Shown here in pieces: positions 1 through 11,793 of a stretch of 64,000 bases of DNA. Position numbers and translations under genes: made by a program. Under the pieces are notes generated by a model. That model did not search any database and was not told where the DNA came from. It saw nothing but the letters and a program-made list of their open reading frames with translations. The DNA is taken from the NCBI GenBank assembly GCA_951406725.2, contig OX597827.1:61814001-61878000 (forward strand), written 5' to 3'. Every line of letters starts with the position of its first letter. Position 1 is the first letter of the stretch. Source of the stretch: Octopus vulgaris. Its lineage: Eukaryota.

Positions 1-1030
1 CATGGATAGACCTGAGATGTTTTGGCAAAGCATTAAATAGCTGTGGATCCTTGAATCCCAGGCTATGATCCTCACCTTAGATGGGACAGCTGGGACCTTT
101 GGAACAGTGTAGAGACATCCAATTTGGGGTCTCGTATAACTCTTGATTCCAAAGTTTGGTGCCAGTCCCTCCAGTATCTTCCAAATATATCCCAGCATAC
201 TTCTCCCATCTTTGTTCCAGAGAGTAGTTGTAGCTCTTTTAGTCTCTCCCAGTGGCTCAGCTGTTCCACTGATGCAATCTTACTTGTGTAATATCGCTGA
301 ACCACCTCGAGTTCCACTATTAATCTGAAACTGTAGGGGGACCACAGTTGAGAGCAGTAGTTGAGATGGCTGAGGACAAATGTCTTCCATAGGACCAGCA
401 TAGTTTCTGGTTAGTGACATACATATTGCTTGATTAGATGTCACTAAGTCTCTCAGGTACTGTGTTTTGTGTTGGGACATTACTCGGCCCCTGATGTCCA
501 GCAAGAATACTGGTGTGACATGTAGGGTGTCTGTAGTGGTCACTGGTCTGGCATGTGCAGAAGTGTCAGAGGTGGTCGTGACTACTGGTATGTGTTCCTC
601 ACACAGGATGTCTGGTGAAGCCAGGTCAGCTGATTACAATCTTCTGTGCAACCTCCAAAACAGCCTGTTGTTCAGCAGCTGCTGTCTGTACTGCATCTGC
701 AGTTTGTTTCCACTGCATCCACAGTTTGTTTCCTCCTGGGTGGTGGTATTGTATCTTGTGACCTGACTGTGTCGTTGGAGGCTGTTCTTCCTGGTCTTTG
801 GGGAAGTGGAATGAGTACTGCTCACATGGGATTTGGGATGAGCAAATCTGCAACCTATCCCAATGTTACCCTGCCAGCAGGTACTCTTTACATAGAACTT
901 GCAGACTGGTTTGGTTTCCTTTTTACCAGAGCTATTGCCATTACAGGTTCTATTTCATATTCCTTGTGAATCCACCTTTGGCCCATATCCATTCTCAGCT
1001 TGCTGATCTACTAGTGTGTGTGGGAAATTT
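1..1030 (-). mobile_element. Internally deleted non-LTR retrotransposon (CR1/L2-like) remnant: CCCH finger + endonuclease start + ORF2 C-terminus
   Basis: The minus strand encodes CKFYVKSTCWQGNIGIGCRFAH (903-838), an APE-like FLLDIRG..KTQYLRDL..ICMSLT (about 510-405) and LWKTFVLSHLNYCSQLWSPY..LEVVQRYYT..ERLKEL (401-230). The 5' boundary is approximate. Confidence 0.75.
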
Positions 1031-1634
1031 ATTTTGCTTAAACTTCTGGTCTTTTGTGAAATAAATGAAGCAGATAAGAAGGAACCCTAGCCATGTACAC
1101 ATACATGCAAAAAATACATAAATAACACACACCTTCACTCTCTCTCTCTCTCTCACACACACACATATGAAAACAATGTATGCATATGTGTTTATGTATG
1201 TTCGTGTGTGACTGACTATAAATACATAGAGCTGAACACGGTGCACGTGAATACACGCACACAGTTACACATATGTACACTCACTATCTTTCATATACAC
1301 GCACATACATCTTTTACTTTCTCCTCTCACTTCAAAGCAAATGTCATCTTCCACACATCATGAAAGCAAAAGTGAATAAATAAAATTTCTATATGGAAAT
1401 TAACAATCAATCATATCATATCATATGATCAAGTTTTATGTTTCTGTGGGTCAAAACGAAAGATTGCTGCTCAGTGTTTATTTTTAAACACAAAATCCCT
1501 GAGACCTGTTACATGCATAGATACACACTAACATCTCTCTCTCCCTCTCTGTCACATACACGCTAAAGACGATGTGTCTTACACACAACCCTCTCTCTCT
1601 CTTGCTTACACGTTCACACACACATGTACACGTT

Positions 1635-1990
1635 CATCATCATCGTTTAGCGTCCGCTTTCCATGCTGGCATGGGTTGGATGGTTCAACTAGGGTCTGGG
1701 AAGCCAGAAGGCTGCACCAGGCCCAGTCTGATCTGGCAATGTTTCTACGGCTGGATGCCCTTCCTAACGCCAACCACTCCATGAGTGTAGTGGATGCTTT
1801 TTACGTGCCACTGGCACAGGTGCCAGACGAGGCTGGCAAATGGCCACGATCGAATGGTGCTTTTTACGTGCCACTGGCGCAGAGGCCAGTCGGGGCGGCA
1901 CTGGCAACGGCCACGTTCGGATGGTTCTCTTATGTGCCACCGGCACTGGTATCACAGCCACAATTCCATTGATGTTGATCGATTTTGATT
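1635..1990 (-). mobile_element. SINE family C (Meta-domain-like GGTTGGCGTTAGGAAGGGCATCCAG core, (GAT)n tail)
   Basis: Reverse complement of the copy at 10760-11102; similar copies at about 3310, 6235, 18440, 27690, 40030-40836 and 53220. Confidence 0.75.
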
Positions 1991-2769
1991 TTGATAAGCT
2001 AAATAAATAACTTCCTCTTAAACTCAAAACAATCCTTAAGTTTGCTTCGTTAAGCAAAATTTCAGCACCTTTTCAATTACAATTAAAAATTAAACTTGTA
2101 GAGGCGCTGAAAAGTTTTATAAAGGCAAATGTAGGAATGAAGTGTTTACACAAGGAAAAAATAGTTGAAACATCTTCAGTTTCAGATTTTAATGAAATAT
2201 GAGAGAGAGATAAAAACTATATTACTTGCAATGATTTCAACTCATTTTTGTGAAACACTCAAGGGAAAATAGGTATGTGAAAGTCCAAAGGGTGTCCATT
2301 TTATTGTCGATGTCTTGAATTTTTCCCTCTAAAGTGAAAGAATTTCAACAAAAGAACGGATGTTGAAAAACATCCTAAAAAGCATTTTCTCCACTTAATG
2401 TTTTTCCACAAATGGTTTTCATATTAATTTGAAAATCGTTTCAATATATAATTTTCTAGTTAATCTGAATTTGAAAGATCTCAAAGATATACTCATCTAG
2501 CTTGTGGTGCTCCAATTAGCAGTGGCTTTTACAATTTTCCCTTTTAAAACAAAATGAGTTTGAAAACCATTACTCAATATATTTATTAAAATAATGGCTT
2601 GTATAACACTAGTTCTGCTAACATTACTTTAGTATTCACCAGACAGTATTAGGGAAAGGGACAATCTTGAGTAGTATGTATGTAAGTAAGCCATATCTTA
2701 ACTCCATAATTTGCTTAGGTCCAGAATTTTTTACAAACAAGGTCGATTTTTTTTTTTGTTTGTTTCATC

Positions 2770-2873
2770 GGCACCTTTGGCAAGTGTCTTCTACTATAGC
2801 CTCAGGCCAACCAAAGCCTTATGAGTGGATTTGTTAGGTGGAAACTGAAAGAAGCCCGTCATGTATGTGTGTG

Positions 2874-2967
<94 letters not shown>

Positions 2968-3045
2968 TGTGTGTGTGTATATATGTGTGTGTGTGTGTGT
3001 GTGTATATATGTGTGTGTGTGTGTATATATATGTGTGTGTGTGTG

Positions 3046-3076
<31 letters not shown>

Positions 3077-3270
3077 TTGTCTCCCCAACATCACTTGACA
3101 ACTGATGCTGGTGTGTTTATGTTCCCGTAACTTAGTGGTTTGACAAAAGAGACCAATAGAATAAGTACTAGGCTGACAAAGAACAAGTCCTTGGGTTGAT
3201 TTGCTTGACTAAAGACGGTGCTCCAGCATGGCCGCAGTCAAATGACTGAAACAAGTAAAAGTGTAAAAGA
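2770..3270 (+). mobile_element. SINE family A, 5'-truncated copy with an internal (TG/TA)n expansion at 2862-3077
   Basis: ggcaagtgtcttctactatagc...gaaactgaaagaagcccgtc...gactgaaacaagtaaaag, shared with 10066-10402. Confidence 0.8.
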
Positions 3271-4538
3271 AAGAATATCAGAACACACACGCATGATAAT
3301 AATAGTTGTGGCAGATACTGGTGTCCTGCAACTGGCATGTAAAAGCACCCATTGCACTTTTGGAGTGGTTGGTGTTAAGAAGGACATCCAGCCATAGAAT
3401 CCATGCCCTCAGCTTACCAGCCCTGGTCAAACTGTCTTACACATGCCAGCATGGACAACGGATGTTAAATGATGATGATGAGTGATAATTACTGCTATAT
3501 TTGTGTATCAATCAAATAATAAATCCAATAATAGAAAAGCAATGTTTTAAATCAGCCTAAAAATGTTTCTCTGCTTGTTCGTTTTGGCGCTGTAGCTTTT
3601 CAGGATGATGTTCAAAGCATTTTCATTGCTCCCCTAAAATTTTAGAGGGTGTGCTCGCACCCCCTGAAGCTCCCTGTTCCCAAGCCTATGATTAGCTCTT
3701 ACCATTACTTGAGTGGAACTTGTTAAAAGAGATGTCAGTTTGTGTTTCATTAATGAGCAAGTCATATCCATTATTGGCTCTCAAAAATCCCTCTCAGCAA
3801 GATTACAGTACTGAATGTATTTATGTGTGCAACTCTGTACACATCAGATTGTTTTTTTGTTTTGTGTGGTTAGTGGTGCACTGTCAAAGCAAAGCCTCAC
3901 ATCATTAGCTGTTTGCACAATGTGATGTGCATTTGCTGCTACTAGTTTACTCCTTGTGGTTGCATGTCCATTTTGCAGTTTACTCCAAGGTTTCTCTTAC
4001 TGAGTGCCTATGGTTGCCTGTATAAATTTTATGTGAACTTTCAGCAATACGCACACACGTTTGTTTGCGTCTGTTATGTGCATATGTTGTGTATATATGT
4101 GTGCATGTATTTGTGTATGCATGAGTATGTATGTTTGAATAGTGCATATATATGCTTGATGGTGACTTGGGATGGGAGAATTGAAAACATGTTGTGAAGA
4201 GGTGGAATAAATAGGCTTGTATATTTAAATCAATTTTGAATATAATCCAAGAAATTTGAAGCATTTTGTGAAATAACCAAGTTGGTATTTAGAACTTAAA
4301 AGGTTTTTACATAAAATTGTGCTGGAAGCTTTTCAATTTAGATATAAATATCTGCACTTTAAGACAAGCAAATATGTATTTTAGGATCAGAGGCGGCAGC
4401 TCTGGACAGATTAATATAAAATGGCTTGTCTCTCTTGAGACAATTTCAGAAATACATTACCTAAGGGTTTCAATTAATTTAGAAAATAATTAAAAATTTT
4501 ATGAATTTAGTAAAAAAAACTATTGTTGTCATTATATT

Positions 4539-4751
4539 GGTTTCAATTTTTGGCACTAGGCCGGCAGTTTTATGGGGTGAGGGACCAAATTGATTACTCC
4601 ACCATTCTTTAACTGGTACTTACTTCATCAACCACAAAAGGATGAAAGGCAAAGCTGACCTCAGTGGAATTTGAACTCAGAACTTAAAGATGGACGAAAT
4701 GCTGCTAAGCATTTCTCCTGGTGTACTAATGATTCTACCAGCTCACCACCT
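4539..4751 (-). mobile_element. SINE family B (Nin/Deu-domain-like) with 18-bp target-site duplication
   Basis: TATTGTTGTCATTATATT at 4521-4538 and 4752-4769 flanks the copy; core gcctttcatcctttc..gataa..taagtaccag on the minus strand. Confidence 0.8.
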
Positions 4752-4780
4752 TATTGTTGTCATTATATTAAGTTGATATT

Positions 4781-4968
4781 AAGGTGGTGAGTTGGCAGAA
4801 TTGTTAGCATGCTGGGCAAAATGCTTAGTGTTATTTCATTCGTCTTTACGTTTTGAGTTTAAATTCTGCTGAGGTCAACTTTACCTTTCATCCTTTTGCA
4901 GTTGACGACTAGGGTCGATGTAATTGACTTATCCTCTCCTCTGAAATTGGTGGCCTTGTGCCAAAGTT
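4781..4968 (+). mobile_element. SINE family B copy, head-to-head with 4539-4751
   Basis: aaggtggtgagttggcagaattgttagc...gagtttaaattctgctgaggtcaactttacctttcatcc. Confidence 0.75.
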
Positions 4969-5414
4969 GATGCCTGGTAGATAGCTTTAGCAAAAGATTC
5001 TTGCATGAAATTACAAACTGTATAAAATTGGTAAATGTCTGAATGTCTGAGATTTTGTCTCTTTTTTTTTAATTTTTGGTTTTGCTTTTCCTTGCCGAGT
5101 CTGTAGGAAAGGGCAGTGCCCCAGGGTGTTCATTCACAAGCTTTTTAGACTGGTGAGATTGATGCCAATGATTTTCCTGTTGAACTGTTGCAAGTCAACA
5201 CCTACGGGGAAAGATATGAGCAACTTAGGTAGTGGTGAAATTACAGAGGACACGTGAGCACACACAAACACACATGCATATATACACTAGTTTCCAACTA
5301 CCAAGTTCACTCAAAAGTTATTGGTCAGTGCCTGAGCTGTAGTAGAAGATACTTGCCAAAGGTATTGTGCAGTGGGACTAAACCTCAAAATCATGTAGTT
5401 GGAAAGCAAGCTTC

Positions 5415-5865
5415 TTTTATTCATTTAATTGGCCACAAGGGCCTTACAAAGAAAGAAAGCTACGGGCTGGACACGGACATAATGAGATGGAATGATTAAC
5501 GATATGATAATAATGAGAGCAACAGCAACGCCCGCCGATTGCTCTTTACCCGAGCACATTGTTCTTTATAAACATTTTGAAGCAACAAACCTCTTACATA
5601 ATAACACATTAAGGAGGCAATAGACCTCTTACATTAATGACATACAAAGCCATTGTGAGGCTATAAACCTCTTACACAAGTCCATTTAGGAATCAATGAA
5701 ACAATCTTCCTGCCCGATCAGATTTCTCGCCTCAGCAAAACACCTGGGCGGCTCCGAGTTGGGCCAATTTAACATAAATCTCTAGGTATTCTTAGGGAAG
5801 GAGTCCATTATCCTGAACAGGTCGTTCTCCCTCATGACGTTCTTAACCATACACCATGCCTAGTG
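5415..5865 (-). mobile_element. Putative LINE 3' fragment ending in CCCTTGTGGCCAATTAAATGAATAA
   Basis: The tail resembles the family-B SINE tail and the 46990-47370 fragment; there is a decayed reading frame at 5860-5680. Confidence 0.45.
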
Positions 5866-6779
5866 AATTTTTCTATAATTTCCTTTCTCATTTCTATTTT
5901 GTTGCATGGCTTTGTTTTTAGAATATTCTTTGGCGCATCACGTGGTCATGAGTTCAATTCATGGCGGGGCATTGTGTCTTTAAGCAGGACACTTTATTTC
6001 ATGTTGCTCAAGTCCACTCAGCTGGAAAAAATGAGTAGAACCTGTATTCTAAAGGGCCAGCCTTGTCACATTCTGTGTCATGCTGAATCTCTCTGTGAAC
6101 TTACGTTAAGGGTTTGCATGTCTGTGGACTGCTCGGCCACTTGCACATGAATTTCGTGGGGCAGGCTGTCTCATTGGTTGGATCAACTGGAACACTCATT
6201 GTCATATCGAATCGTATGCTGGTTCTTGTTGCTTCATCATCATCATCGTCATTTAACATCCGCTTTCCATGCCAGCATGGGTTGGACAATTTGACTGAAG
6301 ACTGGCGAACCAGATGGCTGCACCTGACTTCAATCTGATCTGGCAGAGTTTCTACAGCTGGATGCCCTTCCTAATGCCAACCACCCCAAGAGTGTAGTGG
6401 GTGCTTTTACGTGCCGCCGGCACGAGGGCCAGTCAGGCGGTACTGGCAATGGTCACGCTCAAATGGTGCTTTTTATGTGCCACCTGCACAGGAGCCAGTC
6501 CAGTGGCATTCCTTTTCTTTCCCCACTTTATTCTTTCCTGTTCATTTCTTCCTCGCTCATTATCTGTTTTGTTTTTGATGTTGTAAGTTTGGATATTTGC
6601 ACATTTCGGTACAAAATGCCTTTGAAATATGAACCAACAAGAGAGTCTACTACAAATAACAGCGAAATCTTCTCAAAAAAAGGATATTGGATATGCTGCG
6701 TCTGCTCAAAAAACTTATTACATTCATTTTATTCTGTTTTTAAGCAACATAACTGATTACTTCAGCTGGTTTGAGACTC

Positions 6780-7545
6780 TTAACCCTTTAGCATTCAGAT
6801 TACTCTGTCAAATGTAATCCTTATTTATTCACATTGTTTTGAATTAATCGTGTTGTCTCATAGCTTTGAAATTTCAGTGATGTGATTGTTAGTTTTGAAA
6901 TGACATTGTAGAGTAGGTGTGAGGTGCCGATGCTGGTTGATTCGAACATAAAACAAGTTGAATATTTGGACCAGATGCATCATCAGATGCTTGAAGCTAT
7001 GAGATAATACATGATTAATTCAAGGCAATATGAATAAATAAGCATTACATTTGACAGAGTAACATGAATAATGAAGGGCTAAAGTTGAGGCCGATAATCT
7101 AGTAGGAGCCATAACCCTAGTCTTTTTTAACAATACTTCATTTTAGACATTTACATATCCAGGAACAGAAATAAAACATCTGATGATGAGAATAGTTCAA
7201 ACTAACTGAAATGTAGTGTAAATTAACCAATCACATCATCAAAGTCTTTAAGCTATGAGATAATGCACGATTAATTCAAAGCAATATGAATAAATAAGCA
7301 TTACATTTGACAGAGTAATGTGAATGCTAGAGGGATAGATTGGCCATTTTGGGCCCAAATATTCTACTTGTTTTATGTTCAAACTGGCCAGATCCAGCCT
7401 CTCACACTTACCCTACAATGTCATTTTAAAAATAATCACGGCATTGAAATCTCAAAGCTATGAGATAATGCTTAATTAATTTAAAACAATTTGAATAAAT
7501 AAACATTACATTTGACAGAGTAATGTGAATGCTATAGTGTTAAAT
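6780..7545. mobile_element. Cluster of TTAA-flanked MITE family E pieces (TIR CCCTTTAGCATT), in both orientations
   Basis: ttaaccctttagcattcagattactctgtcaaatg at 6780; reverse-complement segments at about 6990-7082, 7240-7335 and 7340-7545. Confidence 0.7.
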
Positions 7546-7636
7546 TAAAAATGAATGCACTGTTTCTTTTCTCTCCTGATTCTAGTGTTAATATTTTCCA
7601 TTTCTCTTGCAGAACTTGTCTGACAGATAGACCCTC

Positions 7637-7835
7637 ATGATGAGTGTTCCTGTTAGCCAACCAGCTAATGCCACTCTAGCTCCTGCTGTTGTGTCTCCTG
7701 CCACTGTAGTGAAGAAGTTCAAAACTACAGATGTTGCTGACAACACCAAGACGGTGTTACCTCTGGCACCAGGGACTGTACCCATTGCCACTTCACAAGG
7801 TTTCCCAGGAGGAATCAGTCTGACCATTTCCAATG
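7637..7835 (+). CDS. l(3)mbt: l(3)mbt coding exon 1 (start ATG; MMSVPVSQP...SLTISN)
   Basis: Acceptor ttctcttgcAG at 7611-12; in-frame TAG at 7628 upstream of ATG 7637; phase-1 donor G|gtgagt at 7836. Confidence 0.75.
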
Positions 7836-9493
7836 GTGAGTTTTGTTTTAAAATCTTATTGTTGTAAATATTGCATGGTATTCCTCTATTGGTTTTTGTT
7901 ATTTATCTTTCGACACAAAGTATGTGGGCCTTCAGTGTCATTCTGCTAATAAATGGAGGATTCTTATTTCTTTATTGCCCACAAGGGGCTAAACATAGAG
8001 GGGACAAACAAGGACAGACAAAGGGATTAAGTCGATTACATCGACCCTAGTGTGTATCTGGTACTTAATTTATCAACTCCAGTGCGTAACTGGTATTTAA
8101 TTTATTGACCCCGAAAGGTTGAAAGGCAAAGTCGACCTCGGCGGAATTTGAACTTGGAGCATAATAGCAGACGAAATACCTATTTCTTTATTACCCACAA
8201 GGGGCTAAACATAGAGGGGACAAACAAGGACAGACAAAGAGATTAAGTCGATTACATCGACCCCAGTGCGTAACTGGTACTTAATTTATCGACCCCGAAA
8301 GGATGGAAGGCAAAGTTGACCTTGGCGGAATTTGAACTCAGAACGTAACGGCAGACGAAATACCGCTAAGCATTTCGCCCGGTGTGCTAACGTTTCTTCC
8401 AGTTCGCCGCCTTAATAGATGGAGGATTCTTGTCAGAGCCAATACTTAGCTTCATGATCTGAAATTTTCCTCTTCCTCATCATTTTAACATCCACTTTTC
8501 CATACTGGCATGGGTCGGATGGAGTTTATTGAGGCAGATTTTCTATGGCAAGATGTTCTTCCTGTTGCTAGCCCTCACTTGTTTCCAAGCAAAGTAATAT
8601 TTCCCCGTGGCTAAATATGTTCTTGCAGAATACTGGAAATGAACAACACCACTTGTATGACAATGGCACTCATTTACAGCTATCACACGATAAGGAGACA
8701 TGCACACAAAAATACACACATTGGGCTTCTTTTCAGTTTCCGTCTGCCAAATCCAATCACAAAGCTTTGGTTAACCTGGGCCTATAGTGGACATTTGCCC
8801 AAGGTTCCACACAGTAGGATTGAACCTGGAACCATGTGATTGTAAAGTGAGTTTTTTTTACCATGCAACCATGCCTATTCCTTCTTCTGGATAGAAAAGT
8901 AGCTTATCTTTAGTAACATTTAAAAGAAATCACTAAGAAAAATAGTGATTGTCTTTTAGAATTTTTATGTCTGCTTTTTCCATGCTGGCATGGGTTGGAC
9001 AAAACTTCTTGACACAGGACTCTATAACCCATATTCTATGGTTAGATGCCCCTCCTGTTTTTATTTTTGTTTTTTTACAAGGTTTTCTGTTGGTTTTTGC
9101 ATGTCAAGTCACTGAAACTGGAATATATTGTTTATGTAAGACAAGTGTCTCTAGTGCCATAGTGGTGTCAATGTAATGACACACGGAGACAAACATGCAT
9201 GCACCTGTTTTACACACACCATGGACTTCTATGCAGTTTCTATATTCCAAATTTCACCCCCAAGCTGCTAGTCAACTCAAAACTATAGCAGAAATTTCTT
9301 CAAGGTGCTGTGTAGTAGGATTGAACTCAGTCATGCATAGTTGCAAAGTGAACAGAAGTGTTTGCACTTGCTTTAATATTGGTTTATAATTGAATATGTT
9401 TGTGTGCCGTGAGGAGTGAATGGTAATGTTTTTGATAGAGCTGTATATGACATGGCTAGAAGACCTGGCACCTATTTACGACAAACAGAACTG

Positions 9494-9535
<42 letters not shown>

Positions 9536-11751
9536 AGTGAATTGAAGAAATGGAGTTGAACGAAGATTGAACAGAAATCCTTTTATTGCATTCTACACGT
9601 GTTTCGAAAGCCACAATTTACCAAATTCCGATTGAATAAGGAGACCATATTGTGTCTTTCTCTTCAGGAAGAAATAGGAATTCCGTTGGCAGAACAAAAA
9701 CAGAACAGAGGCGCAGCAAAACAAATCGAACGAGGAGGCATACATACATACACATATATACATATATATTTGAGTTTGTATGATTCTGTATAGATGACTA
9801 TATTAATCAATGAAATTCCAACTTAGCCTGATTTCATGTTTTATTATTTACAATACTGAAATATACTAGTACTTTCATGTGTTTGGCAATCATCAGACAC
9901 TAGAAAAAAATTCTTACCCAAAAAGTTTAGTAACATCATCATTAAAGATTTTATAACATTGTTGTAAAAAATAATCTTTTACAAACATTCACCTTTGCAC
10001 TTCAAAAACTGTATTAAGTAATCTTCATAGACTTTCATATATATATATATATAATATAATATATAGGCGTAGGAGTGGCTGTGTGGTAAGTAGCTTGCTT
10101 ACGAACCACATGATTCTGGGTTCAGTCCCACTGCGTGGCACCTTGGGCAAGTGTCTTCTGCTTGTGAGTGGGAAACTGAAAGAAGCCCGTCGTATATATG
10201 TATGTGTGTCTGTGTTTGTCCCCCCAACATTGCTTGACAGCCGATGCTGGTGTGTTTACATCCCCGTAACTTAGCGGTTCGGCAAAAGAGACCGATAGAA
10301 TAAGTACTAGGCTTACAAAGAATAAGTCCTGGGGTCGATTTGATTCGACTAAAGGCGGTGCTCCAGTATGGCTGCAGTCAAATGACTGAAACAAGTAAAA
10401 GAATAAAATAGTATATATGCATGCCACTCCATTGGTTATGATGATGAGAGTTCTAGTTGATTTGATTAGTGGAACAGCCTGCTCACGAGATTAATATACA
10501 AGTGGCTGAGCACTCCATGGACATGCGTACCCTTAATGTGGTTCACAGGGAGATTCAGTGTGACACAGAATGTGACAAGGTTGGCCCTTTGAATTACAGG
10601 TATTACTCATTTTAGCCAGCTGAGTGGATTGGAGCTTTGTGAAATAAAGTGTCTTGCTCAAGGACACAACACCCCTCCAGGAATTCTCGACCATATGACT
10701 GTTAACTGAATACCCTAACCACTAACCCATGCACCTTGTATTTGTGTGTATGTGTGTATCGATATCGCCGCTCCGACTGGCTTCTGTGCCGGTGGCACGT
10801 AAAAAGCACCATCCGATCGTGGCTGTTGCCAGCCTGGCCTGGCCTCCGTGCCGGTGGCATGTAAAAAGCACCATCCGATCGTGGCCGTTTGCCAGCCTCG
10901 TTTGGTACCTGTGCCGGTGGCACGTAAAAAGCACCCACTGCACTCACGGAGTGGTTGGCGTTAGGAAGGGCATCCAGCCGTAGAAACATTGCCAGATCAG
11001 ACTGGGCCTGGTGCAGCCTTCTGGCTTCCCAGACCCCAGTTGAACCGTCCAACCCATGCCAGCATGGAAAGCAGATGCTAAACGATGATGATGATGATGA
11101 TGAAAGTCAAGCTACAGGTATAAATTCAGGAATAAAACTAATATTGAAAAAGTTTAGAGATAGTCAAATGTATAATTCCCTTCAAGGTTCTAAGAACGAT
11201 AGAACTTATTATTCATTGAATATCTCATCCTGTATTGACCAGATGTATTTGAGCAAATAAAAACGATCAATTGTGGTATATTATGCTTAAAGCCTTTAGC
11301 ATTTTGCTTCATTTCATTGATAAACATTTCTGTTAAAGGTCAGTTTCTTTTGCTCTTCATATCTGGTCAGCTGTAAGGTTTTGTTGCTTTTACAAGTTAA
11401 TGAAATGTCATGCTCCGCACCAGGCTGTGGACCAGTGAAAGAATACGTTTTGAAAAATTGCTACTAGTTTCTTTTGCTTAGGTTTGAAATTACAGGAGTA
11501 TAAACAAACCAACACCACTAGTTTAAGTGGTGTTGGTGGTGGACTAACGTATGCATACCTGTGTGTGTACCGTTGGTGATTTTTTTTTCCTCTGTCTTCC
11601 CTTCTCTGGATCTTTCCTTCTCCTATGTTTTCGACGAAGAGCTCCGCTCGAAATGTTGAACCCTCCTTCTTCCCTTCCTTTCTGAGCGTCCAGTAACACA
11701 GTACATGTTCCACGTCCTCGTGTTGTGTTTTTTGTGCTTTCATGTTTGGAT

Positions 11752-11793
<42 letters not shown>

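Noticed and set aside
2821-3130. CV/HT/YI-repeat ORFs here and at about 19000, 24300, 31440, 41780 and 57560
   Set aside because: These are translations of dinucleotide microsatellites.
7178-7220. Plus-strand CTGATGA...GAAA match
   Set aside because: There is no closing pair for stem II and no convincing stem I or III.
9865-9900. Another minus-strand CUGAUGA...GAAA-GUAC-UA hammerhead-like match
   Set aside because: Stem II and stem I pairing are poor, so it is likely chance.
11397-11467. Short frame [10 protein letters not shown] resembling a THAP or C2HC start, after an AG
   Set aside because: It stops after about 20 codons, with no phase-compatible strong donor and no downstream finger residues.
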